Positions 48,120 to 57,610 of a DNA stretch of 64,000 bases are shown here, in pieces. The position numbers and the translations under genes were made by a program. This DNA is from Nitrososphaeria archaeon (lineage in GTDB: Archaea; Thermoproteota; Nitrososphaeria; JACIWG01): contig JARVJP010000009.1 in NCBI GenBank assembly GCA_029776065.1, forward strand, positions 452,514 through 516,513, written 5' to 3'. Positions within the stretch are counted from its first letter, which is position 1. Each line of letters begins with the position of its first letter. The notes beneath the pieces are model-generated. The model was not told where the DNA came from and searched no databases. It was given only the letters and a program-made list of their open reading frames with translations.

Positions 48120-49690
48120 TGCCGTTAGAGAAGAAGAGTTACAGGCAGATTGTAAACGACATCCTGAAGCGACTCGGGGAAACATATGAACAGTTCACCT
48201 ATTCCAAGGCTAAGGCAAGGTATTTTCTATCAGGAAAGGCCATTGAAGTAATCGCAGTACAAGGAATCTCTAAGAACGCGAAAAAGGAGTTTAAGAAGGA
48301 TGTTGACTACAAGTTCTCTGAAAACTTCATCGAATGGCTCTACGAAGGGGAGCGACCAGATGAGGGGACAGAGTTCACAGTTGTGTACAAGTCGCAGAGG
48401 CCAGAGATTACCGATACCGCGCCAGGTAGTGTCGCGAGGACTTTGATAGAAGCGATAAGCAGAGAAATAGAGTACCTAAATGAACTTATATGTCAAGCAT
48501 ATGATGCAGGATTTATTGATACCGCGTCAGGGGACTCATTGGACTTGGTCGTCGCTATATTGGGTATTAGAAGAAAACCACCTCAACCTGCTTCAGGATA
48601 CGTTACCTTTGGAAGGCGCACCGAACCCGAAAGCATCCAAGTAAAAGGTGAAGTGGTCCTATATGACGGGTCAGTTTCATATCAACTTAAGTCTAAGCTC
48701 GTAAAGGAAGTTGTTAGTGTCAAAGGCGTCACCCAAAACGTTAAGAAGAATTACAGAAAGGATATCGATTACTCTTTGGTTGGCAGACAGATAAGATGGC
48801 TGCCTAATGGTGAAAAGCCTGATGAAGGCACTACCTTTACTATCGACTATGAAGCTTATCGTGAAATCATTATCCCAAAGGGTACAAAGATTTCAACCTA
48901 TTCTTCGAAGCCTGAAGAAGTAAAAACCTATATCACAGCTGAAGAAGCTTTTCTCAGCCCTATCTCTGAAGGTGTTTGGGAGGTTGATGTGCCCGTTATT
49001 TCAACAGTCCCTGGACCTTTAGGTAATGTGCTTGCTGGTTCGGTGAATGTTCTTCCTCAGCCTTTGATGGGTATAGAGTATGTGATTAACAAGAACGATA
49101 TTGGAGGAGGGTTGGACACAGAAACCGATAGGGAACTAAGGGATAGAGCTAAACACGCCCTCGAAATAGCTGGTAAGGCGACTCTCCCATCGCTTGAAAC
49201 CGCGGTAAAGTCGGTCGAAGGTGTTAGCTCGGTGTTAGTGAAGGACACACTTGATGGTATGCCTGGTGTTGTTAAGGTTATTGCAGACGGTGGTGACCCG
49301 GATAAGATAAGGAAGGCCATTGAAGACACTAGAGCCGCAGGGATCAAAGTCGAGTTTTCTAGGCCTAGGGCTGTGTATATAGATGTGGAATTGACTCTTA
49401 TTATTGGGAAGGCTGTCTCAGAAGTTGAGGTGTCTAGAAAGGTTGAAATGTTAATTAGAAGTTATATCTCATCACTTGGTATAGGAGATGATGTCTTTTT
49501 TTACAAGATTGCTGCTTTAGCATTAGATGTACAAGGTGTTTTCGACGTTTCTGATATAGTGATCTCTTCGTATCGAGGAGGAGTCGAGGTTGTAAAGAGC
49601 GATAAAGAAAATATAGAAATTTCTGATGAAGAGAAGGCTTTGGCTCGTAACATCGTGATCTCCTTTAGAAAGGTGAATAAGGTTGAGTAG
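48119..49690 (+). CDS. Baseplate_J (P2 gpJ / T4 gp6-like) wedge protein with an internal duplication
   Basis: 523 aa. A repeated module (KKDVDYKFSENFIEWLYEGERPDEGTEFTVVYKSQRPEI vs RKDIDYSLVGRQIRWLPNGEKPDEGTTFTIDYEAYREII). C-terminal region typical of J-family proteins. Confidence 0.65.
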   Translation: MPLEKKSYRQIVNDILKRLGETYEQFTYSKAKARYFLSGKAIEVIAVQGISKNAKKEFKKDVDYKFSENFIEWLYEGERPDEGTEFTVVYKSQRPEITDTAPGSVARTLIEAISREIEYLNELICQAYDAGFIDTASGDSLDLVVAILGIRRKPPQPASGYVTFGRRTEPESIQVKGEVVLYDGSVSYQLKSKLVKEVVSVKGVTQNVKKNYRKDIDYSLVGRQIRWLPNGEKPDEGTTFTIDYEAYREIIIPKGTKISTYSSKPEEVKTYITAEEAFLSPISEGVWEVDVPVISTVPGPLGNVLAGSVNVLPQPLMGIEYVINKNDIGGGLDTETDRELRDRAKHALEIAGKATLPSLETAVKSVEGVSSVLVKDTLDGMPGVVKVIADGGDPDKIRKAIEDTRAAGIKVEFSRPRAVYIDVELTLIIGKAVSEVEVSRKVEMLIRSYISSLGIGDDVFFYKIAALALDVQGVFDVSDIVISSYRGGVEVVKSDKENIEISDEEKALARNIVISFRKVNKVE

Positions 49691-50582
49691 TGCGAATCGG
49701 ATAAGTAGACGTCTTCCTAGCTTCTATAGGTCTTGGGATAAAAATTCAACAATCTTTAGAATTGTTAATGCAACAAGCAGTGAAATTGATAGTAGCCGAA
49801 ATTTGATCTTGGAGATGATGCGCTCCCATTGGGTTGATTCTGCTTCAGACGGTGACTTAGACAAAATGAGCCAATTGTTTGGTCTAAAGAGAATAGTTGG
49901 GGAGGACGATGACCACTTCAGGATGCGTCTAAAGGGAGCTGTTGTTGATTTTACTGGTGGTGGAACACTTACCTCTATAAATTCAATGCTTAGGGCTCTA
50001 ATAGGCAATGACGTTTGTGTAATTGAAAACCCTCCGACTGAAGCCTACTTTGAAGTTAGAGTCATGTCCGGTGACAGTTGGTCTATTGGAAATAACAGCG
50101 TTGAGGAAGTTTCTATACCTGAAATCGTTATCGAAGCTGAAGACGTCATTGAAAACCCCCAAATATTAAATGAAGATTTCGAGCAAACTATAGTTTACAA
50201 CGGTGTGTTGAATAAGGGAGACAAGTTAGTGATAAAGGATGGAAAGTTCCTATTAAATGGGGAAGACGTTTCTGAGAAGGTCTCCTCAAAGGATCTACCT
50301 CGGGTTTATAGACGTGTTTCAAGTTGGAAGTACGTTGAGCTTATAAGGGAGAAGATAGGTGTCTTCGACTCCACGGCATTTGACGAGAGCATATTCGCCG
50401 TGAACGTGCCAAAGGCTAAGATATCTATGAAGTGGGTTCGGCTCCAACCTGCAACCTTCTCAGTTAGATTGAATCGGGATTCTTTAAATAGAAGTAGGGT
50501 TCCTAAGGAATATGTGGAAGAAGTTCTGAACTCAATTAAAGCTGCTGGTGTAAAGGTAATTGTTGAGGAGGTAGGTGAATGA
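49683..50582 (+). CDS. baseplate protein, gpI-like by position
   Basis: 299 aa, overlapping its neighbours; it follows the J-like gene as in P2. Confidence 0.35.
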   Translation: MSSANRISRRLPSFYRSWDKNSTIFRIVNATSSEIDSSRNLILEMMRSHWVDSASDGDLDKMSQLFGLKRIVGEDDDHFRMRLKGAVVDFTGGGTLTSINSMLRALIGNDVCVIENPPTEAYFEVRVMSGDSWSIGNNSVEEVSIPEIVIEAEDVIENPQILNEDFEQTIVYNGVLNKGDKLVIKDGKFLLNGEDVSEKVSSKDLPRVYRRVSSWKYVELIREKIGVFDSTAFDESIFAVNVPKAKISMKWVRLQPATFSVRLNRDSLNRSRVPKEYVEEVLNSIKAAGVKVIVEEVGE

Positions 50583-51232
50583 ATATGCCCAAGTTTAAAC
50601 CTGTAACGAGAAAGTCAGGTGAACTTATTAGAGCTGAAGACTGGAATAAGATTCAAGAGGACATTCAGGCTGACATAGAAGAACTGGATACTAAGATAAC
50701 CCAGCTCAGGAAGTACGTGGACAGCCTTAACGAAAGTACGACGATCCTTAATCCTGCAAGCCCAGTTGGCATGTCTTATAGTCTGACGGAGAACATTCCT
50801 GGAGAAAAGGATAACTACGTGACAACTGTTGTAGGCCCAATTACAAGGCAGTGGGCTATGGAAAGGGGAAAGGTTGGAGAGCTATGCAAATTTGGTCTCG
50901 CAGAATACTTTGAAGTACTAGACTACTGGGCTGGTGCGGAGGACGGGGATAAAAAGGCGTTGGAGATTCTCTTCGAGTACCTTGACGGAACCTCTGCGGT
51001 GGTGAGTGGCCTGTTTATACATGAGTGTTCTAAGCTTAGGCCAAAGGGAACCGAAAACCCCTTTTTAGAGTACCTTTTATCTCCAAACGAAAGAGTGTGG
51101 TACAGGTATAGAGTGAAGAACCCGCACCCAGAAAAGGAGGTTTTTAACATCACGTTTAGAAAGATCGAACCAGGGTGCATTCTAAAGATAGGGAATGTAA
51201 TAAACTTCAAGTCGAAGATGACCACCCTGTGA
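50579..51232 (+). CDS. tail-fibre-like / receptor-binding protein candidate (hypothetical)
   Basis: 217 aa. An N-terminal coiled segment (RAEDWNKIQEDIQADIEELDTKITQLRKYV) resembling fibre N-termini. Position after I. Confidence 0.3.
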   Translation: MNMPKFKPVTRKSGELIRAEDWNKIQEDIQADIEELDTKITQLRKYVDSLNESTTILNPASPVGMSYSLTENIPGEKDNYVTTVVGPITRQWAMERGKVGELCKFGLAEYFEVLDYWAGAEDGDKKALEILFEYLDGTSAVVSGLFIHECSKLRPKGTENPFLEYLLSPNERVWYRYRVKNPHPEKEVFNITFRKIEPGCILKIGNVINFKSKMTTL

Positions 51233-51239
51233 GGTAAAG

Positions 51240-51911
51240 GTGATGTTCGTAGAGTTTGAAGACAAAATCGTCGACGCTTTGAAGGCCAGCGTTAAGGAGG
51301 TTCCCAAGGGGAATATAATAGTGGGCGTAGAAGGTGATAAGGTGCCATCGATATACATATCCAATATTTTCTTCAAGATTGAGAGATCCAATCTATCTGA
51401 AGACGAAGAAGGTGAAAGAATAAATGAAGTCTTTGATGGTGATGGTTCCCAAAAGAGGTACCTGTTAAGGGGGAAACCTGAAAGTGTTCTTAGCGTTGAG
51501 TCGCCTAAGGGTAAGGTGCTTCAGATTTGGGATCAATACACAGTGAACCTAGAAGAAGGTTCGGTGACGTTTCGTCATCCTCCAGCCAAAGACTCAAAGA
51601 TAATCATTAACTATGTCTCAAAGATCAAGAAGTTGAAGGTTGTGCGGTTAAAGCTTAAGGCGAAGTATTCGTTTACCATATCATCAGAAGATCGGAGACA
51701 ACTGGATAGCACTGCTGAGGGTGTTATAAGGTCTCTTCTTAAGGTTGAGAGAGAGCTTGAACAGAAGGGCTTTTCTCTTAAACCTTCTTCTGGAAAGTAC
51801 CTTTCAGATAACAAGATCAAGTTATTTTACCATGTTGAATTAGAGATCGAGTCAGCAGAAGCGATTCCTCCGATAGAGAAGATAGAAATAAGAGAAAGTC
51901 ATGAAGCTTAA
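51240..51911 (+). CDS. hypothetical tail-associated protein
   Basis: 223 aa in the same operon; could be a fibre chaperone or terminator. Confidence 0.25.
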   Translation: MMFVEFEDKIVDALKASVKEVPKGNIIVGVEGDKVPSIYISNIFFKIERSNLSEDEEGERINEVFDGDGSQKRYLLRGKPESVLSVESPKGKVLQIWDQYTVNLEEGSVTFRHPPAKDSKIIINYVSKIKKLKVVRLKLKAKYSFTISSEDRRQLDSTAEGVIRSLLKVERELEQKGFSLKPSSGKYLSDNKIKLFYHVELEIESAEAIPPIEKIEIRESHEA

Positions 51912-51913
51912 CT

Positions 51914-52411
51914 ATGAGCCAGAAGACTAAGCTTCCATATGGGCCAGTGAAGCTATCGGTAGACGCGATTGGTTTCGAGGATGGTAGGATTGTACAGTTT
52001 GAAATATATCGGAAGAAAGGTGGGAAAGAAGAGTTGGTTAGCCAAGTTAATGGCGCTGTAGTAGACCAAAAAGCAGAGGCTAAGTGGGTACCTGAAGCTG
52101 AAGAACGCAGAATAACCTTGGGAGGCGATTCGACGGAGGCTGGCGACGTTCCGGAGGATGAGGAGTACTATTTTAAGGCAAGGATCGACGAATTGGAGGT
52201 GAGCTCTGAAAAGTTTGAGTTCACATATCCGTTAGAAATTTATTTAAAAGACGATCGTGGCAGACCATTAGATGGTCTTAAGTTTGAAATAGAGTTCTCT
52301 GATGGTAGCAAGAGGGAAGGAGTCATCAAGGATGGGTATGCGAAGGTTAAAGATGCTCCAAAGGGGCGCTTCAAGGTGAAGGTCAAAGGGTACAAATTTA
52401 AAGAGGGTTAA
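51914..52411 (+). CDS. hypothetical tail-associated protein
   Basis: 165 aa, acidic/Lys-rich, in the operon. Confidence 0.25.
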   Translation: MSQKTKLPYGPVKLSVDAIGFEDGRIVQFEIYRKKGGKEELVSQVNGAVVDQKAEAKWVPEAEERRITLGGDSTEAGDVPEDEEYYFKARIDELEVSSEKFEFTYPLEIYLKDDRGRPLDGLKFEIEFSDGSKREGVIKDGYAKVKDAPKGRFKVKVKGYKFKEG

Positions 52412-52416
52412 CTGCT

Positions 52417-54558
52417 TTGAAGAAAAAAAATGTTTGGTGTCTGATTTTGAGTGATGGTTCTGGGCAGGGTGTTGTTGGAGCAAACCTGACATTTGCAGAC
52501 GCGACCCTCTCACAAGAAGTATCTTACTGTGTACGTATTAGGCTTGGCGTTCTCCCAGAAGATTCGAACTACTCTTTGGAAGCTGAGGATCTCGCAAGTG
52601 ACGCCTATTCACCTTATGATGAAAGCAAGGATATATTGCATGAGTCCTCTATAAATCTAAGGCTTTGTATCGAAGAAAACATAGCTCATAACGGTCTTTC
52701 AATTAATGACAAGTGTACCTTTTATCGCCACTATGGGCTAATGGATCAAGTGGATGTGTTTCTTCCGTTAAGGCTTGAAGTCGTAAAGATGGAGGGTGAT
52801 GCCCGTTCCGATTTCATGGAAGAAGAAGTTAACGTCGTGTTTGAAGTCATCGATCCGGCAGAGAATTTATCCATAATAAAAGGTCCTAAGGGAAAGGGTA
52901 GAACTGGCAAGGATTTCATTAGAAACCTAGTGTATAAACAAGAGGGAGATGATAACTGCATAAGAGATTTTGCACCACGCCCTATCAGAAATCGATGTCG
53001 TCAATCAAGTTCCGATGTTGTTAATGCTAAAGACATTTTATTTGACAGAAGAAAGAACAGTTTTGAGACAGCTTCAAGTGATCCAAAAAGCGTAGTCGCC
53101 TCGATCCAAGAAACCGAGGTTGAAGAAGGTAAGAAGATAGGCGTATTGAACTTCTTCTTTCACCCGCCACCGATAGCAGGTGACAACTATAAAATTAGAG
53201 TCAAGCTAATATCGAGCTCTGGGGCAGAGGTACTATTACGTGATAAACCAGACTCAGCATTCTATCCACTTTATTTTCAGACACCAACAATCACCATCTG
53301 GAAGAAGGTTAAGGTAGAAATGGTTGCTATACAAGAGGGACTTGATTACAGCATGTTGGGATGGAGCAAGATTAAGAGAGCGTACAGGGACGCATACATT
53401 GAAATCGAAGAGGCTGCGGATGACAGAAGATACATAATCACACGTGATGAATGGATGAGTTATCTAGGTCGCGTGGTCTATGATGAATGGAGGTCACATG
53501 AATGGGAAGAATACATTAAGCAAAGCTACCACCAATACCATATAGACGACTTCAAAAAGTACTCTTTTCCGCAAGATCATACTTTCGACACACCCTCTGT
53601 ACCGAACTCTGACAGGTTAACGCCACCAGATGATGACCCTGACCATCCAAACAATACTACTTGGGAGTTTTTAGGTCGTATCGCTAGAGCGGTGATAAGG
53701 GATAAGCTAGGTAACTCTAACTATAGGAGACTTGGTCAACCAAAGAATGGTTTTAGGCTTGGGATATGTGTCTTGTTCTGTAAACCTCCCTTTGATGGGT
53801 CGACCGTCGGTGGAAGTTATATATGGGACAAGATGTTCTACATGGTCTCATCAGGGGATGTTGCGAATACGTTTGTTCACGAGATGGGGCATGCCCTTTT
53901 CTTAGACCATGGTGCCACCGCTTTCAATACAGAAGCAGATTTCCCATTTACTACTCGTACAGAGGAATCTGGTTCTTCTGGTCCATTCTGGGATAATCAC
54001 GACAGCCAAGATATGATAACTTGCATTATGTCATATGAGGTGGACTCTCCAGTTGAATGGCACTTCTGCGGTCTGTGTCTTCTGGTCTTAAGATTGTATG
54101 ATCGACACCATATGTTAAGCGGTCCAAATGATACCTTGAGGAAAGTACTCTACCCTGGTTCTGCTGACCTGTGCTGGACTGAGACTGTTAAAAATAAGGT
54201 AGTCGAACCGGATGGTTTTGAATATGAAACATTCTTCCTTAAAATTTATCGTGGTAATCCAGGCCCTATGAGTATTGGCAAGAGTCTTAGACTGTTAGCT
54301 CTATATCCCCCAGAGGGGGTAGAAAACAACCTACATCAAGATTTCTGGAAAGATCTGAGCCGTTTCCCCAGAGGTAGATGGGTTTCTAGTAATCCGAGTG
54401 TTGCGACTGTCAGTGTATCGAAAATGGGGGATTTTTGGGTTGCTCAGGTTAGGGCTTTGAGAAAGGGCACTACGAATATTTACCATGAGATAAGGAGAAG
54501 TACAGGTTGGAGTGGCGACGTCGATCGAAGCCTTCCGATGGTGATAACCGTTGTCTGA
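52417..54558 (+). CDS. large metzincin-like zinc metalloprotease domain protein (putative tailocin/eCIS effector)
   Basis: VHEMGHALFLDHG (H-E-x-x-H-x5-H), then ...ITCIMSY (Met-turn-like) in the C-terminal half of a 713-aa protein. The gene starts 6 nt after the preceding one. Confidence 0.5.
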   Translation: MKKKNVWCLILSDGSGQGVVGANLTFADATLSQEVSYCVRIRLGVLPEDSNYSLEAEDLASDAYSPYDESKDILHESSINLRLCIEENIAHNGLSINDKCTFYRHYGLMDQVDVFLPLRLEVVKMEGDARSDFMEEEVNVVFEVIDPAENLSIIKGPKGKGRTGKDFIRNLVYKQEGDDNCIRDFAPRPIRNRCRQSSSDVVNAKDILFDRRKNSFETASSDPKSVVASIQETEVEEGKKIGVLNFFFHPPPIAGDNYKIRVKLISSSGAEVLLRDKPDSAFYPLYFQTPTITIWKKVKVEMVAIQEGLDYSMLGWSKIKRAYRDAYIEIEEAADDRRYIITRDEWMSYLGRVVYDEWRSHEWEEYIKQSYHQYHIDDFKKYSFPQDHTFDTPSVPNSDRLTPPDDDPDHPNNTTWEFLGRIARAVIRDKLGNSNYRRLGQPKNGFRLGICVLFCKPPFDGSTVGGSYIWDKMFYMVSSGDVANTFVHEMGHALFLDHGATAFNTEADFPFTTRTEESGSSGPFWDNHDSQDMITCIMSYEVDSPVEWHFCGLCLLVLRLYDRHHMLSGPNDTLRKVLYPGSADLCWTETVKNKVVEPDGFEYETFFLKIYRGNPGPMSIGKSLRLLALYPPEGVENNLHQDFWKDLSRFPRGRWVSSNPSVATVSVSKMGDFWVAQVRALRKGTTNIYHEIRRSTGWSGDVDRSLPMVITVV

Positions 54559-56029
54559 AAGAAAGCCCTTAAAGTCTTCGGAAACCCCTATTTCGGTTTC
54601 AGTAGATTTTGAAGAACGTGAATACGTCAGATACGAATCAATACCTCTTTCAGTATCTATTGAAAACAAGGGTTCTTTACCAGTGAAGATCGATGAATTT
54701 ACAGTATCGAGTGAGACTTTGCAGGTTCGCATGATAGATGATTCAGGGGAAAGATACTCTGGGTCACCACTTAGTTGGCTGGCGAGGGAGGGAATACTCG
54801 TTCCACCTAAGAAGAGAAAGTCGTTCTTTCTCAGCTCAGGGCAAAAGAAGTCAATCTCAATAGATTTGATCAAGATCTTTGGAGAGCTCAAGGAGGGAAC
54901 TTATAGGGTAAGAGTTACATATCATTCTGGTGGTGTTCTGTTCGTCGACTCTAAAGTTTTTAAGGTGAAGGTTGTATCCGCTGGACCAGTGTACTCATTT
55001 ACCCCTAGGGATCTTTTTCAGCTTAATGCGCCGATACGCACTGTGTGGGTTAACTATGAAAATAACAGTTTCTATCTGTTTATTCTTGAAAACAGTCCTA
55101 ATATGCCAAAGAATATTTGGAGTTGTAGACGTATTATGGAACTGGAAAGTCGCCAGGAACCGCAGCTATCGCTTCTTGAAAGCTACGATCAAAGATATGA
55201 GCATGTAATTTGGTATAGCCAGAAGTCTGTCACAATTTTGACTATCTTGAGAACTCAGAAGTCTGAGTTCAAGAAGTTCACATCATATCTCCCGTTTCAT
55301 AAGATCATTGGCCCTCCGTTTACAATCGAAGATGGCACTTTATTCCTTCTTATAGTATCAAAAGATGATAAATGGGGATCTGCAAGCTTGTTCACGCTCT
55401 CTCCTGATGGAAGGGCGAAGTTGACAAAGTTCTTGTCATTCAAGGGTATGCTTGTTGAATGTAGTGTTCTATTTAAGCGTAGGCGGGCTTACATTGTTTA
55501 CATGCTAGAAAAGGAGCCAGTTATACACTATCTTGAATTAGACTTAAATAACTATGAAGTTTGTACAACAAGATCGATCACTTTGGAGAGTATAAAAACG
55601 CCTTATACAGGATTAACCCTCTACTACGCTTGCAGAGATAAGGAGGGGGAGCGAATGCTTTGTGCACACATCATGACCGAAGAAGTAGGTAAATATTGTT
55701 CCCAAGTAATAGATGTTGGACGATGCAGAAATGTTTTCAACCTCTTCTTCCCATCAGCTGAACGCATGAATCTAAAGTTGTTAGATTTAACCCTAGACCC
55801 AGAATGTATGCCACATTACCTTTTTCAAGATCAGTGGGGTGCCCTCTGGTATCAGTCGCCAAAGGAGATAGGGCTTCAGAAGGTCACCGCGGACGATGAG
55901 ATCTGCCCAGGTAACGTGGTTTCTCCTACACTTATTATTTCCTCTCCATCCAGTCGCCACTATGGAGTATACTTAAGATACATAAAGGACAGATCACATT
56001 TTATATACAAGGACGTTGAAAAGCTATAA
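54551..56029 (+). CDS. hypothetical protein (effector-associated or accessory?)
   Basis: 492 aa, overlapping the end of the metalloprotease gene by 8 nt. No recognisable motifs. Confidence 0.3.
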   Translation: MSERKPLKSSETPISVSVDFEEREYVRYESIPLSVSIENKGSLPVKIDEFTVSSETLQVRMIDDSGERYSGSPLSWLAREGILVPPKKRKSFFLSSGQKKSISIDLIKIFGELKEGTYRVRVTYHSGGVLFVDSKVFKVKVVSAGPVYSFTPRDLFQLNAPIRTVWVNYENNSFYLFILENSPNMPKNIWSCRRIMELESRQEPQLSLLESYDQRYEHVIWYSQKSVTILTILRTQKSEFKKFTSYLPFHKIIGPPFTIEDGTLFLLIVSKDDKWGSASLFTLSPDGRAKLTKFLSFKGMLVECSVLFKRRRAYIVYMLEKEPVIHYLELDLNNYEVCTTRSITLESIKTPYTGLTLYYACRDKEGERMLCAHIMTEEVGKYCSQVIDVGRCRNVFNLFFPSAERMNLKLLDLTLDPECMPHYLFQDQWGALWYQSPKEIGLQKVTADDEICPGNVVSPTLIISSPSSRHYGVYLRYIKDRSHFIYKDVEKL

Positions 56030-56056
56030 TTCAAACATGTGCCTTACTAAGGCCAT

Positions 56057-56605
56057 CTATTCAGGTTGAACTTTAGGATTAGCTAACCATGTGAAAGGTT
56101 TAACTTGAGGTCTCTCAAGTTTCTTCTCCTTTGACTTGATACTTGTTGGTGGCCGAGGCATCGGTACACCAACTTCTCCTATAAAGACAGTGCCGGATGC
56201 GATGACCTTACCGACAGGCAAGTCTACTGGATCATTACAAGTCATGGCTGTATCCCCGTTTCTAGCTGCTGGTTTACCGTTTATGAAGACACCAATACTT
56301 CCAACAATGATTCTACCCTGATTCGTTGGCGGCTTCTGGAAGCTTGGTCCACCAATCGGAGTATGGGCTGGAGTATTTGTTGCCGTGCTTCCAACAATCG
56401 CTGCTGGCCTTCCTTCAATAAAGACGTCGTTGCTTAGGTTGTTGTCGATTATACCATTGAATGGGTGGGGAATAGGAGTTGGCACCGGAGAACCTGGTGG
56501 TGCTGGAACCATAACAATGTGGATGTCTTGGGCAGTGATCTTGTCTCCTTGTTTAGCTGCTGGCTGCCCCACCTTTATCGCTCTCCTTGGGTTGAGCTGC
56601 ACCAC
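56057..56605 (-). CDS. PAAR-repeat protein (spike-tip protein)
   Basis: GRPAAIVGS and GKPAARNGD repeats with a Pro-rich linker; 182 aa (GTG start, which may be an internal Met). Confidence 0.7.
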   Translation of the reverse strand: MVQLNPRRAIKVGQPAAKQGDKITAQDIHIVMVPAPPGSPVPTPIPHPFNGIIDNNLSNDVFIEGRPAAIVGSTATNTPAHTPIGGPSFQKPPTNQGRIIVGSIGVFINGKPAARNGDTAMTCNDPVDLPVGKVIASGTVFIGEVGVPMPRPPTSIKSKEKKLERPQVKPFTWLANPKVQPE

Positions 56606-57494
56606 ATTTTGGACAGAATGAAGCTAGTATATTTATAACTGCTCCACAGTTTGGACAGGTCTTCGTATCTGGTCCACCAGCTGGTTGTTTGCCACACTTC
56701 GGGCATGATAAAGCATTTTCCGCCATCGATGAGCCACAATGCATGCAGAATCTCTTTGGTGGAGGCGTCGGCGGTTTCTTCCTCATTAAGAAGAACGCGA
56801 TCGCGATTACCGTTATTATAACTATGACCACGATTACTACGACTAATGTCATATCTGATTCACCGGATAGAGTCGTTGTAGTAGTCGAGGTAGTGTTTAT
56901 TGTAGTTGTAGGGGTGGTTATTGTTGAGCTAGGAGATGTAGTGGTTGAAGTTGGGAGTGTAGTAGTTGTTATTATTGTTGTCGTGCTTGTTGTGGTTGAT
57001 GTTGTAGTGGGTGTTGTTGTGGTGGTTGTTAAAGCGGTGACTTTAATGCTTAGATTTGCATAATTTTTGGCTGTACCATCTGTTCCGTTGATAAATGCGG
57101 TGTAGACCCCTGCTGCGACTGTTTTTTCAACATTTATGAAAGCTGTTGTGCTTATATTGCCATTTACTGGGGGTGTTAACTTAGAGAGTGCAAAGGATAT
57201 TGTTATACCTGTTGGCGTGGTAGAAAACAGAGACACGGTTTTATTATATCCAAAATACGAGCTAACCGTAACCACAACTTGTTTGTTACTGCCTTGTTCT
57301 ATTGTAATATTAGTGGGCTTTACAGAAATTGCATACCATGGCATAAGTGTGAAGGTTGGGGTTGGGAATGTAGGTGATATGGTTATGGTTTGTGGTGACA
57401 ATTTAGATGAGGAAACCGGTGAACTTAATATAATAAAAGTAACTACAAATAAAATCGTTATTAAATGCACTCTAGTTCTCATCTTCTTAGCCAT
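56553..57494 (-). CDS. cell-surface protein: signal peptide, Thr-rich linker, TM helix, cytoplasmic double zinc ribbon
   Basis: MAKKMRTRVHLITILFVVTFIILSS signal. Poly-Thr/Ser stretch. TM helix LVVVIVVIVIITVIAIAFFL. Then CMHCG...CPKCG and CPNCG...CPKCG. Confidence 0.5.
   Translation of the reverse strand: MAKKMRTRVHLITILFVVTFIILSSPVSSSKLSPQTITISPTFPTPTFTLMPWYAISVKPTNITIEQGSNKQVVVTVSSYFGYNKTVSLFSTTPTGITISFALSKLTPPVNGNISTTAFINVEKTVAAGVYTAFINGTDGTAKNYANLSIKVTALTTTTTTPTTTSTTTSTTTIITTTTLPTSTTTSPSSTITTPTTTINTTSTTTTTLSGESDMTLVVVIVVIVIITVIAIAFFLMRKKPPTPPPKRFCMHCGSSMAENALSCPKCGKQPAGGPDTKTCPNCGAVINILASFCPKCGAAQPKESDKGGAASS
56850..57020 (-). repeat. low-complexity Thr/Ser codon repeat inside the surface-protein gene
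   Basis: Runs of ACN/AGT-complement codons (gttgtagtagtcgaggtagtg...), coding TTTTTTPTTTSTTTSTTT... Confidence 0.6.
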
Positions 57495-57610
57495 CTCTTT
57501 AATTTCAGTCTAGGTGTTTATATACTTTAAGAAGCTTTCAATTACGTGATAATTAACAGGTCAATAACTGTGCTTAGCTGGTTCAATACAGCCTGTCCAA
57601 TGAACCTAAG

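Noticed and set aside
56689-57513. plus-strand ORFs of 124-125 aa with poly-Val runs
   Set aside because: They are the antisense reading of the Thr-codon repeat in the surface-protein gene.
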